Assembly (NCBI GenBank): GCA_964512855.1
Contig: CAZELD010000001.1
Span: 343 to 64,342, forward strand
DNA length: 64,000 nt
Reading direction: 5' to 3'
Source: an uncultured Muribaculum sp.
GTDB taxonomy: Bacteria; Bacteroidota; Bacteroidia; Bacteroidales; Muribaculaceae
Position 1 is the first letter of the stretch; the number at the start of each line of letters is the position of its first letter. A model generated the notes under the pieces. That model was not told where the DNA came from. It did no database searches and was given only the letters and a program-made list of their open reading frames with translations. Made by a program: the position numbers and the translations under genes. Below, in pieces: positions 10,295 to 19,367 of the stretch.

Positions 10295-10927
10295 TTATAG
10301 CGCTCCCTCTTCAACGAGGACACACACGCGTTCTATTATCGCATCCTCTTTATTTTTGTCAGGGAGGTAGGATGATTTTAAGTTTACGCCGAAGAAATGT
10401 CCGAATGTTTGCCAAAATCCGGCTCTGAATGTACCGAGGAAAGCTTTAAGAATTGAATAGCTGCTTTGGTTTGTTTCTCTATTAATTAGTTTCACAAGCA
10501 TTTTTCCTTGTGATTTGGTGAATCTTTTCAACTCAGGTTTATATTGCGCGAAGATTTCTTTTTCCATCTGTGATAAATACTCTTCGCGTTCTTTTTGAGT
10601 TGGAAATGTTTCGATATATTCGTATGTTTCAAGAAGAGTTTCAGCAATGAGTTTTGCGTAGGGGAGAGTTCTTTTCACGTCTCTCACAGTGCGCCAATAG
10701 AATTGTTCCTGCTTCTTATTTTTGAACTTCATGGCGGGAAAGACGGTGATGTTGTTTAGTACAACCATCAATGCAGTGTCGCCCTCTTCGGTTATGAAAT
10801 GATAGCGTCCTTCCACCGGCTTCTGTACAGGGCTCGGAGGAATAGGCACACCATTTTTATCCACTGTTTGCGAGAAAGCGGTGACATGGAATAGTATGAT
10901 TGCAATGATGGCATAAAGTAATTTCAT
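10295..10927 (-). CDS. secreted protein, possibly DUF4294 family
   Basis: Signal peptide (ILFHVTAFSQ), 210 aa. The DUF4294 resemblance is from memory only and is not verified. Confidence 0.45.
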   Translation of the reverse strand: MKLLYAIIAIILFHVTAFSQTVDKNGVPIPPSPVQKPVEGRYHFITEEGDTALMVVLNNITVFPAMKFKNKKQEQFYWRTVRDVKRTLPYAKLIAETLLETYEYIETFPTQKEREEYLSQMEKEIFAQYKPELKRFTKSQGKMLVKLINRETNQSSYSILKAFLGTFRAGFWQTFGHFFGVNLKSSYLPDKNKEDAIIERVCVLVEEGAL

Positions 10928-10971
10928 GTCACTATAACAATAAATATAGCTAATTTATTGTGCAATAAAAG

Positions 10972-12543
10972 TTAATGGTCAACGTGAGGATAGTCAACTG
11001 TGTAATGTAGACCTCGTGATTCTTTTCGTTCCATAGCTTGACGCATGATGAGGTACCCCACGTTGATGATGTTGCGCAATTCACATATTTCACGACTTGC
11101 TTTTGATCGCTTGAAAAGGCGTTCAGTCTCTTCGTATAGTATGTCAAGGCGGTTCCATGCGCGTTTCAACCGTAAATCGCTCCTTACGATGCCTACATAG
11201 GTGGACATTATCTGGCCTACTTCCTTTATGCTTTGGGTGATGAGCACCATTTCTTCGGGATGGCGTGTTCCTTCATCATTCCAATCAGGGACGTCGGTAC
11301 GGAATGTGTAGTGGTTTTTAGCTTCTATAGCGTGCTGCGCGGCCGCATCGGCATATACTACAGCTTCTATAAGTGAGTTGGAAGCAAGGCGGTTTCCTCC
11401 GTGAAGTCCTGTGCAAGAACATTCACCCACGGCATATAGACGTTTGATTGACGATTCACCGTTAGTGTCAACCTTAATACCTCCGCATAGGTAGTGGGCG
11501 GCCGGCGCTACAGGAATATAATCTTTAGTTATGTCTATACCCAATGAAAGACATTTTTTATAGATATTTGGGAAATGACGTTTTGTTTCCTCCGGATCTT
11601 TGTGGGTAACGTCAAGAAATACATGGTCGTCACCGGTGAGCTTCATTTCCGAGTCTATGGCTCGCGCCACTATGTCGCGTGGGGCAAGCGAAAGTCGAGA
11701 ATCATATTTATGCATGAATTCTTCACCTTTAAGATTGCGAAGCACTGCGCCATATCCTCGCATGGCTTCAGTGATAAGAAATGATGGACGATCGCCGGGA
11801 TGATATAGAGCTGTGGGGTGGAATTGAATAAATTCCATATCTTTAACTGTGCCTTTAGCACGGTACACCATGGCTATGCCGTCGCCTGTTGCAACTAATG
11901 GGTTGGTGGTTGTAGTATATACAGCTCCCACGCCACCGGTAGCCATTAGGGTGATTTTGGCAAGGAACTTGTCGACATTGCCGCTTTTAGTGTCAAGCAC
12001 ATAAGCTCCATAGCAAGTTATGTCGGGAGTGCGTCGCGTCACAATCTTTCCCAAATGGTGCTGAGTGATGATTTCTATAGCGAAATGATTTTCAAACACA
12101 TCTATGTTAGGATTGGCTTTAACCGCCTTAATGAGACTGTCCTGTATTTCAGCGCCGGTATTATCTTTATGGTGCAGGATTCTAAATTCGGAATGTCCGC
12201 CTTCACGATGCAAGTCAAAATCACCATCTTCGTTTTTGTCGAAATCCACGCCCCAATTGATGAGTTCTTTAATCTGTTGCGGCGCGCCTTTCACCACTTT
12301 TTCGACAGCATCGCGATCGCTGAGCCAGTCGCCTGCGATCATAGTGTCTTCTATATGCTTGTCAAAATTATCGACTTCGAGATTTGTTACTGATGCCACT
12401 CCGCCTTGTGCTAAGTAAGTGTTGGCCTCCTCAAGGGTAGTTTTACATATTAATGCCACTTTTCCAGTTTTGGCGACTTTAAGAGCAAAACTCATTCCGG
12501 CAATTCCGGATCCTATTACCAGATAGTCATATTCGTAAGTCAT
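10972..12543 (-). CDS. nadB: L-aspartate oxidase
   Basis: FAD motif DYLVIGSGIAGM and succinate-dehydrogenase/fumarate-reductase-type flavoprotein motifs (AQGGV, RPSFLITEAMRG). I chose ATG 12543 over the TTG at 12567, which overlaps the -7 box. Confidence 0.93.
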   Translation of the reverse strand: MTYEYDYLVIGSGIAGMSFALKVAKTGKVALICKTTLEEANTYLAQGGVASVTNLEVDNFDKHIEDTMIAGDWLSDRDAVEKVVKGAPQQIKELINWGVDFDKNEDGDFDLHREGGHSEFRILHHKDNTGAEIQDSLIKAVKANPNIDVFENHFAIEIITQHHLGKIVTRRTPDITCYGAYVLDTKSGNVDKFLAKITLMATGGVGAVYTTTTNPLVATGDGIAMVYRAKGTVKDMEFIQFHPTALYHPGDRPSFLITEAMRGYGAVLRNLKGEEFMHKYDSRLSLAPRDIVARAIDSEMKLTGDDHVFLDVTHKDPEETKRHFPNIYKKCLSLGIDITKDYIPVAPAAHYLCGGIKVDTNGESSIKRLYAVGECSCTGLHGGNRLASNSLIEAVVYADAAAQHAIEAKNHYTFRTDVPDWNDEGTRHPEEMVLITQSIKEVGQIMSTYVGIVRSDLRLKRAWNRLDILYEETERLFKRSKASREICELRNIINVGYLIMRQAMERKESRGLHYTVDYPHVDH

Positions 12544-12564
12544 AGCACTTGAATTATTGTCACG

Positions 12565-12572
12565 CAAAGTTA
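12565..12572 (-). promoter_or_regulatory. -7 promoter box (TAACTTTG on minus strand)
   Basis: TAnnTTTG, 21 nt upstream of the nadB ATG. Divergent partner of the box at 12607. Confidence 0.6.
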
Positions 12573-12606
12573 TGAATAACCTTATAAGTAAACAAAAAAT
12601 TCTTAC

Positions 12607-12614
12607 TAACTTTG
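12607..12614 (+). promoter_or_regulatory. -7 promoter box TAACTTTG
   Basis: TAnnTTTG, 18 nt upstream of the TTG at 12633. Confidence 0.55.
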
Positions 12615-12632
12615 TGATTCAAATAGTAACAG

Positions 12633-13823
12633 TTGGTGTTTTATAGTGTGAATATAGAGACTGCATGGTGCTTTACCGGAATGGCGGCAGTGATGGCGAT
12701 CGCTGTCACTGTAATTTACACGTTCAGGGTTTTTAAAGTGTGCCAAACCGTTAAAAGACAGACCGCTTCTCCACTACCTGATGTTTATCCGAGCGTGTCG
12801 GTCATTGTTTATAGCAATAATGATGCTGAAGGGCTTGGGACACTGCTACGACAACTTAAGGAGCAGTCCTACACGGCACCGTGGGAAGTGGTGGTTGTGA
12901 ATGACGGTAAAGACTATGAAACTGAGATGCTTATCATGTCGATGGCGGCGCAATGGAGTAATTTAAGACACACGTTCACTCCTCGAGAGATGAGAAATGT
13001 GTCTCGTAAAAAGCTTGCTCTGACTTTGGGAATTAAAGCGGCTAGAAATGAGGTTGTTATACACGTCACATCATCATCACGAATAAATTCAAGCGAGTGG
13101 ATGAAATATATGGCGATGCCGTTCAATGATAGCCGTGTAGACTTGGTAATAGGCTATTCATGTCCTGACACTGAGGCAGATACGAGGCGAGGAAGCCGCC
13201 GAAGGGCTCATGATATGCTAATCACGTCAGTGAATTATCTTGCTTCGGCTATTACGGGACACGCTTATCGCGGCGATGGTGACAATCTGGCTTATCGACG
13301 CAGTAAGTTCTTCAAAATGAAGGGTTTCAGTGATTCGTTGAACCTTCATTATGGCGACGATGACATTTTTGTGTGTGACGCATCGACGCCTTACAACACA
13401 AAGGTCATGATAGCGCGTGAATCGCAGGTTATGAGTTCGTATCGTCATCATATTGAGGCATATAAGTCAAAAAAATATCGCTACGACTACACTTCGCGCT
13501 ACTGCAAAAGTTCGCAAAATATGCTTTATGATAGTGTAAATTTGATGATGTGGTTGTGGCTATTATGCACGTTGGTTGCCGCTATATTGGCGGCAGGTTG
13601 CCATGAAATGATGGTTGTGTTGGTAGGTGTTGGATTATTGCTTTGGGTGCCTCAAATGATAGTTTGGAAAAATGCGTCTCGGTTGTTATCGTCACGCCGA
13701 TTCATGTTGAGTGTTCCGGGAGCGTTGCTATGGCGTCCATTTTATAATTTCATATATCATATTCGGTCACGACGCATCCATGCAGCCAACTTAACGTGGC
13801 AAGCTATCGGCACGCAGCAATAA
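12633..13823 (+). CDS. membrane-anchored glycosyltransferase family 2
   Basis: GT-A motifs VSVIVYSNND, VVVNDG, GDNLAYRR and HYGDDDIFV. One N-terminal and several C-terminal TM helices. Start codon is ambiguous (TTG 12633, GTG 12636 or ATG 12681). Confidence 0.75.
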   Translation: MVFYSVNIETAWCFTGMAAVMAIAVTVIYTFRVFKVCQTVKRQTASPLPDVYPSVSVIVYSNNDAEGLGTLLRQLKEQSYTAPWEVVVVNDGKDYETEMLIMSMAAQWSNLRHTFTPREMRNVSRKKLALTLGIKAARNEVVIHVTSSSRINSSEWMKYMAMPFNDSRVDLVIGYSCPDTEADTRRGSRRRAHDMLITSVNYLASAITGHAYRGDGDNLAYRRSKFFKMKGFSDSLNLHYGDDDIFVCDASTPYNTKVMIARESQVMSSYRHHIEAYKSKKYRYDYTSRYCKSSQNMLYDSVNLMMWLWLLCTLVAAILAAGCHEMMVVLVGVGLLLWVPQMIVWKNASRLLSSRRFMLSVPGALLWRPFYNFIYHIRSRRIHAANLTWQAIGTQQ

Positions 13824-13864
13824 AAAATAAAATCTCACGTTAAAAAAGTATAAAGCTAAATATC

Positions 13865-15025
13865 ATGAAGAAAAAGATAATGGTTGTTTTCGGAACTCGG
13901 CCCGAAGCTATTAAGATGGCTCCTGTTGTCAAAGCATTGCAAGACTGTGATGATAGATTTGAAACCATTATCACCGTGACCGGTCAACACAGACAAATGC
14001 TTGACCAAGTGCTTGACATTTTTGATATTAAGCCTGATTTTGATTTGAATATCATGCGTTCCGGTCAGGATCTCACTGATGTTAGCTGTAGAGTTCTGCA
14101 AGGGATGAAGGATATTTTTGTTAATAAATGCCGTCCTGACATTGTTCTTGTCCACGGCGATACATCGACGTCTACGTTCGCCGCTATAGCCTCATTTTAT
14201 GCCAACATTCCCGTAGGACACGTTGAAGCCGGCTTGCGCACTCATAATAAGTTGTCTCCTTGGCCTGAAGAAATGAATCGGCAGATTACGGGCAGAATAG
14301 CCGATTTTCATTTTGCTCCCACTTCATCGAGCCGCCTGAATTTGCTCAATGAAGGCGTGGAAAGTGAGAGGATTTTTGTGACCGGCAATACTGTCATTGA
14401 TGCTCTGCATATAGTAGTCAACAGAATGAAAAATGATCCTGAACTTGTGGCTGAAATAGATGAAGGCATCAAGAGAATGGGATATGATATAAAGAGATTG
14501 TCGGCCGGTAGGAAGATGGTTCTCATCACGGGACATCGAAGAGAGAATTTCGGTGATGGATTCTTATCGATATGCAACGCAATAAAAGATTTGTCTGAAA
14601 AATATAAGGATGTCGATTTTGTATATCCGATGCACTTAAATCCTAATGTAAGAAAGCCTATACAGTCTATATTTGGAGATTTGAGTGACAGAAAAGATAA
14701 TCTTTATTTTATAGAACCACTTGAATATCTTGCTTTTATCCGTATGATGTCAAAGTCTTGCATTGTATTGACTGATAGCGGAGGTATTCAGGAGGAGGCT
14801 CCGGGATTAGGTAAACCTGTGGTTGTGATGCGTGACACGACTGAACGCCCTGAAGCTGTTGAGGCTGGTACGGTCAAACTTGTAGGTACGGATTATGATA
14901 AAATTGTATCGACCGTATCATCTCTACTTGATGATTCTGGTTTGTATCAATCGATGTCAAGAGCGGTTAACCCTTACGGTGACGGTAAGGCAGCTGAGCG
15001 AATAATTGAAATCTTATCAGAATAA
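13865..15025 (+). CDS. wecB: UDP-N-acetylglucosamine 2-epimerase (non-hydrolysing)
   Basis: MVVFGTRPEAIKMAPV, HVEAGLRT and TDSGGIQEEAP motifs. Confidence 0.93.
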   Translation: MKKKIMVVFGTRPEAIKMAPVVKALQDCDDRFETIITVTGQHRQMLDQVLDIFDIKPDFDLNIMRSGQDLTDVSCRVLQGMKDIFVNKCRPDIVLVHGDTSTSTFAAIASFYANIPVGHVEAGLRTHNKLSPWPEEMNRQITGRIADFHFAPTSSSRLNLLNEGVESERIFVTGNTVIDALHIVVNRMKNDPELVAEIDEGIKRMGYDIKRLSAGRKMVLITGHRRENFGDGFLSICNAIKDLSEKYKDVDFVYPMHLNPNVRKPIQSIFGDLSDRKDNLYFIEPLEYLAFIRMMSKSCIVLTDSGGIQEEAPGLGKPVVVMRDTTERPEAVEAGTVKLVGTDYDKIVSTVSSLLDDSGLYQSMSRAVNPYGDGKAAERIIEILSE

Positions 15026-15028
15026 ATT

Positions 15029-16018
15029 ATGTACTATTTCTATCTACCTGATGGACTTTTAGATGTCACGGCGGGATATATAAATATAATACGCAAAGCG
15101 ATTGAGTATAGAGGTGAAGAAGTAAAGATAGTCAACAGTCTAAATCAGATACCTAAATATTCAAAGGTATTTACTGAGTATGATAAATTTTGCATGGATG
15201 TCTTGCTATGGCGTAAAGCTACAGTTGCAGTAAATTGGTTTCAGGGTGTGACACCTGAGGAAACCTATCTAATGCACAAAGGGACTTTATTAAGTCGAAT
15301 ACGTTATGCAGCTCATAGAGTCATGGAAAAGTTTGTTCTAAAGAGAGCTACCTTTAAACTCTTTGTTTCAAAAGCCATGCTTCATCATTATCAATCGGTC
15401 TACAAGTATAAAGGAGACGATTATTTCATAATGCCATGTTTCAACACAACATTGGGTGATAATATTTTTAACGAGGAGCGTTATTCAAATCCCAAATTTG
15501 TATATGCCGGGAGCATGAGCGTATGGCAATGTATTGACGCAACCTTGGAATTGTTTAAGCTGATAAAGCAATCTATTCCTGCTGCTACACTTGATATTTA
15601 TACTTCTGAGCGTGACAAGGCGGAGTCTTTGTGTAAGAAACATAGTGTTGAAGCTAAGATAGATTGTGTGCCGGCAAGTGAGCTTGAAAACAGGCTCAGG
15701 AATTATAAGTATGGTTTTATTGTAAGGGACGATACAATAATAAACAGGGTTGCCACTCCTACAAAAATGAGTAATTATATGGGAGCAGGTCTGATTCCCG
15801 TTTTTTCCAACACTATAATGGCATATAAAGAGAATATAGCGATAGATAATCCTTATGCAGTATGTTTTAACAATAATGAGGATGCAGTAAATGACATTGT
15901 TGGCATAGAACGGTCAGATGTGGATTTAAAGGAGATTGAAAAGATTTATAGGCATATTTTCAATCACTACTGGAATGAGCAATATTATATTGAGCAGCTG
16001 TCTAAGGTTTTGCCTTAA
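15029..16018 (+). CDS. putative GT-B-fold glycosyltransferase (uncertain)
   Basis: Starts 4 nt after wecB. The C-terminal half resembles a GT-B nucleotide-sugar domain (FVYAGSMSVWQ, PTKMSNYMGAGLIPV). No firm motif. Confidence 0.4.
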   Translation: MYYFYLPDGLLDVTAGYINIIRKAIEYRGEEVKIVNSLNQIPKYSKVFTEYDKFCMDVLLWRKATVAVNWFQGVTPEETYLMHKGTLLSRIRYAAHRVMEKFVLKRATFKLFVSKAMLHHYQSVYKYKGDDYFIMPCFNTTLGDNIFNEERYSNPKFVYAGSMSVWQCIDATLELFKLIKQSIPAATLDIYTSERDKAESLCKKHSVEAKIDCVPASELENRLRNYKYGFIVRDDTIINRVATPTKMSNYMGAGLIPVFSNTIMAYKENIAIDNPYAVCFNNNEDAVNDIVGIERSDVDLKEIEKIYRHIFNHYWNEQYYIEQLSKVLP

Positions 16019-16025
16019 AAGCACA

Positions 16026-17057
16026 TCAAGACAGGTGAGAAATTAGTTTATGTCCCATTGAAAAGCGTGAGAAATTGTTTAAATAAGATTTTCTCGCATT
16101 TTCCGAAAGTTTCCTCATAGTATCCTTATTATCAATTGCAGAAGCAATAATTTTGGCAGCCTTTACGGAATCTTTTGGGATATGTAATCCGTTAACACCA
16201 TCATTTATGTACATTTCCGAAAGAGTACTCGGAGCTGTTATTATAACAGGTTTTGCCATCATCATGCTATTTAGAAGAACAGTGTCTCCAGAACATAAAT
16301 TACTCTCTTTTATTGATACAATCGACATCAAACAGTTTGCGATATAGGAATATGTACCATCCACTTTAATGTTAGAAAGGTGAATTATATTTGAAGGGAG
16401 TGACGAAGTAGGATGCCATGTGTCGCTGATTATAACAAGCGTTTTATTTTGCAAACACTCTTGGCGCCATACTTCTACAAGAAAATCGAAATCGCGGTTG
16501 CTACGTCCCAGTGAGAGAACAAAATTATTTATATCACACTCGAGATTTGACCATTCGTTATAATTATCGGGTATTCCGAACGGAGTGACTATGAAGTTGG
16601 TTCCATTTGGAATTCGGAATGTCTTTTTAAGTTCTTCGGCATAATTGTGGCTTGGCACATGTATCTTTTCTATATATCCGCTTTGAAGTACATAGGCAAT
16701 ATATTTCTTGTATAGTTTACCAAGTAATCCTTTTTTTTCTTTATAGGTGAAATTTACTACGAGTATGCGTGGATAAACTGACGTATGAAAGATGGTGCAA
16801 TAAAAAGCAAAGTTAATGGCATGGAATTGTTGCCACCCTATCAGAATCGATATTGTCTTGCGTTTTAAAAATACGGAGAATGGAAATGAGAAGTAGGAAA
16901 AATATCTCAAAAGACGCTTTATCATCGAACCGTGATACAGATTACTTACTGCCGGAATTATTTCAAACTCAAATTCTGATTCCTCATCACAAGCCTTTTT
17001 AAATGACATGATTTCCTCAGGATCACAATCTGTCAGAATTATATTTTTTTCAGGCAT
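16026..17057 (-). CDS. glycosyltransferase family 1/4
   Basis: C-terminal GT1-type region GDTVLLNSMMMAKPVIIT...NDGVNGL. Confidence 0.7.
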   Translation of the reverse strand: MPEKNIILTDCDPEEIMSFKKACDEESEFEFEIIPAVSNLYHGSMIKRLLRYFSYFSFPFSVFLKRKTISILIGWQQFHAINFAFYCTIFHTSVYPRILVVNFTYKEKKGLLGKLYKKYIAYVLQSGYIEKIHVPSHNYAEELKKTFRIPNGTNFIVTPFGIPDNYNEWSNLECDINNFVLSLGRSNRDFDFLVEVWRQECLQNKTLVIISDTWHPTSSLPSNIIHLSNIKVDGTYSYIANCLMSIVSIKESNLCSGDTVLLNSMMMAKPVIITAPSTLSEMYINDGVNGLHIPKDSVKAAKIIASAIDNKDTMRKLSENARKSYLNNFSRFSMGHKLISHLS

Positions 17058-17285
17058 AATGAAAAGATTAAAAGTAATATATTGAATTGCTATTCGTTAT
17101 GTTTAAAACGGTAGTATAAGACTCTTTATTGTTATTATAGGGTTTTATTATTTGGATGGAGAGGAGTCCATTGATTTTAATATTGAATTCCCGGGAATAA
17201 CGTATGTTTTCCTCTTTAGGTTTTATGGGGATGCAATATAATGGGAATATATTCGTTATAGATAAACGTACGTAAATTTTATTTT

Positions 17286-18083
17286 ATGAAAATTTCATAT
17301 TTCTTTGCTATATTGATTATTTTACTATCTTCGTGCTCAACAAAGAAGGATTTAGCTTATTTTGATGATATCAAGGATATTAAATCAGGTAAACTTCTTT
17401 CGTCAGACTATCAAATCAAAATAGAACCGAATGATGAATTGACTATATGGGTTTCTTCGCTCGTGCCTGAAGCGAGTATCCAGTTCAATAATATAGCTCC
17501 GTCAAGAATGGAGATGGAGATGACCGATGTCACTACTACAGCAAGATCTCTCAATTACATAGTCGATAAGGAGGGATACATATATTTTCCCGGCTTGGGT
17601 GAGATTAAGGTTGAGGGTATGACAACGATGGAGTTGAAAAAATATCTTGTGGAGCATATTTCTAAAACAGTGAAAGATCCTCAAGTTTCCGTAATTCTTC
17701 AGAATTTTAAGGTAAATGTTCTTGGTGAAGTGAAAGAGCCGAAAACTGTTAAAGTTACAGGTGAGAAATTTTCGGTTTTTGATGCTCTTGCTGAATGTGG
17801 CGACTTGACTGAATACGGGCGTCGGGATGGAGTGCTTATAGTAAGGCAGACTCCTGAAGGCGAAACTGTTTATCAGCGTCTTAATCTTCATGACAGTTCC
17901 ATAACTGGTTCACCATTCTTCTATTTGAAGCAGAATGATGTTGTTTACGTAGAGCCTAATAATATAAAACAGGATAATTCAAAATATAATCAGAATAACG
18001 GCTACAAGCTTTCGGTTATCTCTACCATTGTCAGTGCCGTATCTGTAATTTCTTCGCTTATAATCGCATTGTCAATAAAATAG
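17286..18083 (+). CDS. wza: outer-membrane polysaccharide export lipoprotein (Wza family)
   Basis: Lipobox LLSSCS, Poly_export/SLBB-type region (PGLGEIKVEGMT, VLGEVKEP) and a C-terminal hydrophobic helix. Confidence 0.85.
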   Translation: MKISYFFAILIILLSSCSTKKDLAYFDDIKDIKSGKLLSSDYQIKIEPNDELTIWVSSLVPEASIQFNNIAPSRMEMEMTDVTTTARSLNYIVDKEGYIYFPGLGEIKVEGMTTMELKKYLVEHISKTVKDPQVSVILQNFKVNVLGEVKEPKTVKVTGEKFSVFDALAECGDLTEYGRRDGVLIVRQTPEGETVYQRLNLHDSSITGSPFFYLKQNDVVYVEPNNIKQDNSKYNQNNGYKLSVISTIVSAVSVISSLIIALSIK

Positions 18084-18101
18084 AAATAAGATCGTAGGGG
18101 A

Positions 18102-19367
18102 ATGGTTAGGCTGGATCGTATTTGTTCTTGGCTTTTTATCATTGATTTCGCTCTGTTTGTGCCGAGTAGCCGACTGATCGGATTTACTGATGAACTAACC
18201 GGCTTGATTCTATTATTCTTGATAGGTATAGATTGTCTGTTGAATAGAAATTGGAAGAGATATAAACTGTTGTGGATAATAATTGCTGTAATGACTTTAT
18301 ATGCGATATATTCTGCCACAGTGATGAATTTCAACACAATAAGATATATCGCTACTGATTGGATTATTCAATTAAAACCTTATATCGCATTTGTTGCAAT
18401 GCTCGTTATATGCCCTGTACTTACAAGTAGGGATAAGTATATATTAAGGTTAATTGCGATTTTTAATGTATCAATTGCTGCGATAGTGCTATTTTCTCGA
18501 TTTTTTATTGGCAGACTTTTATTGGAACCAATTTTCTTTCATGTTATGACAGCTGGAATGTGTATCTATATATCAGCTGCCATATATATGCTATGTTCGA
18601 TAAATGAAGAAGGAGTTATAGAAAAAAGGTCATTGATTATATTGACATCAATGCTCATTGCCGGCTTGATGTGTACAAGATCGAAATATTACGGAGAATT
18701 TGTAGTTGCAATGTACTTTATATATTTCTATAAACCCGGTATAATGAGGCATTTGAATTTTAAGCGATTTATGTTGATTGTCCTTCTATTCGGATTGATT
18801 TTAGCCGTTAGTTGGAAAAAAATAGAATATTATTTCATAACTGGAAATTCTGACACATTTGACCCGGATGTTATGGCAAGTTATGCTCGACCAGTGTTAT
18901 ATGTGACATCTTTTTTCATATTATGCGATTATTTCCCGTTTGGCTCCGGTTTAGCTTCCTTTGCCTCTTTCGCTTCAGCCGAGAATTATTCTCAACTTTA
19001 TTACGAATACGGATTAAATTATATATGGGGATTGTCACCATCTATGCCTGATTTTATTTGTGATGCTTTTTATCCGTCTCTGGCACAATTTGGTTTTGTG
19101 GGAATCATTTTATTTATTTATTTTTGGACTTACACTTATGGATATCTAAGAGTATTGATTCGTTTTGATTATCAAAAATATAAGTATCAATTTTGCATAG
19201 GTGTAATGTTGATGTGCTTTGTTTTTATAGAAAGTATAGCATCGACCTCATTTGTTCAATTTTATGGAATGATGAATATGATGCTTTTAGGCATTATAAG
19301 TGCGAAAGGATACGAGATAAAAAATCAAATTAAGGAAGAAAATATAACTGACAATGGAAAAATATAG
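18102..19367 (+). CDS. wzy: O-antigen/capsule repeat-unit polymerase (Wzy-like)
   Basis: 421 aa with about 10 TM helices. The loop motif FPFGSGLASFASFAS is typical of the Wzy_C/O-antigen ligase family. Confidence 0.7.
   Translation: MVRLDRICSWLFIIDFALFVPSSRLIGFTDELTGLILLFLIGIDCLLNRNWKRYKLLWIIIAVMTLYAIYSATVMNFNTIRYIATDWIIQLKPYIAFVAMLVICPVLTSRDKYILRLIAIFNVSIAAIVLFSRFFIGRLLLEPIFFHVMTAGMCIYISAAIYMLCSINEEGVIEKRSLIILTSMLIAGLMCTRSKYYGEFVVAMYFIYFYKPGIMRHLNFKRFMLIVLLFGLILAVSWKKIEYYFITGNSDTFDPDVMASYARPVLYVTSFFILCDYFPFGSGLASFASFASAENYSQLYYEYGLNYIWGLSPSMPDFICDAFYPSLAQFGFVGIILFIYFWTYTYGYLRVLIRFDYQKYKYQFCIGVMLMCFVFIESIASTSFVQFYGMMNMMLLGIISAKGYEIKNQIKEENITDNGKI

Noticed and set aside
17058-17285. Invertible (phase-variable) promoter upstream of wza, as in Bacteroides capsule loci.
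   Set aside because: I found no flanking inverted repeats and no nearby invertase. There are only direct repeats: ATATTGAATT at 17079 and 17180, and TATTCGTTAT at 17091 and 17250. They are adjacent in the first copy and 60 bp apart in the second. This is possibly a duplication scar or chance in AT-rich DNA, and no TAnnTTTG box was found here either.
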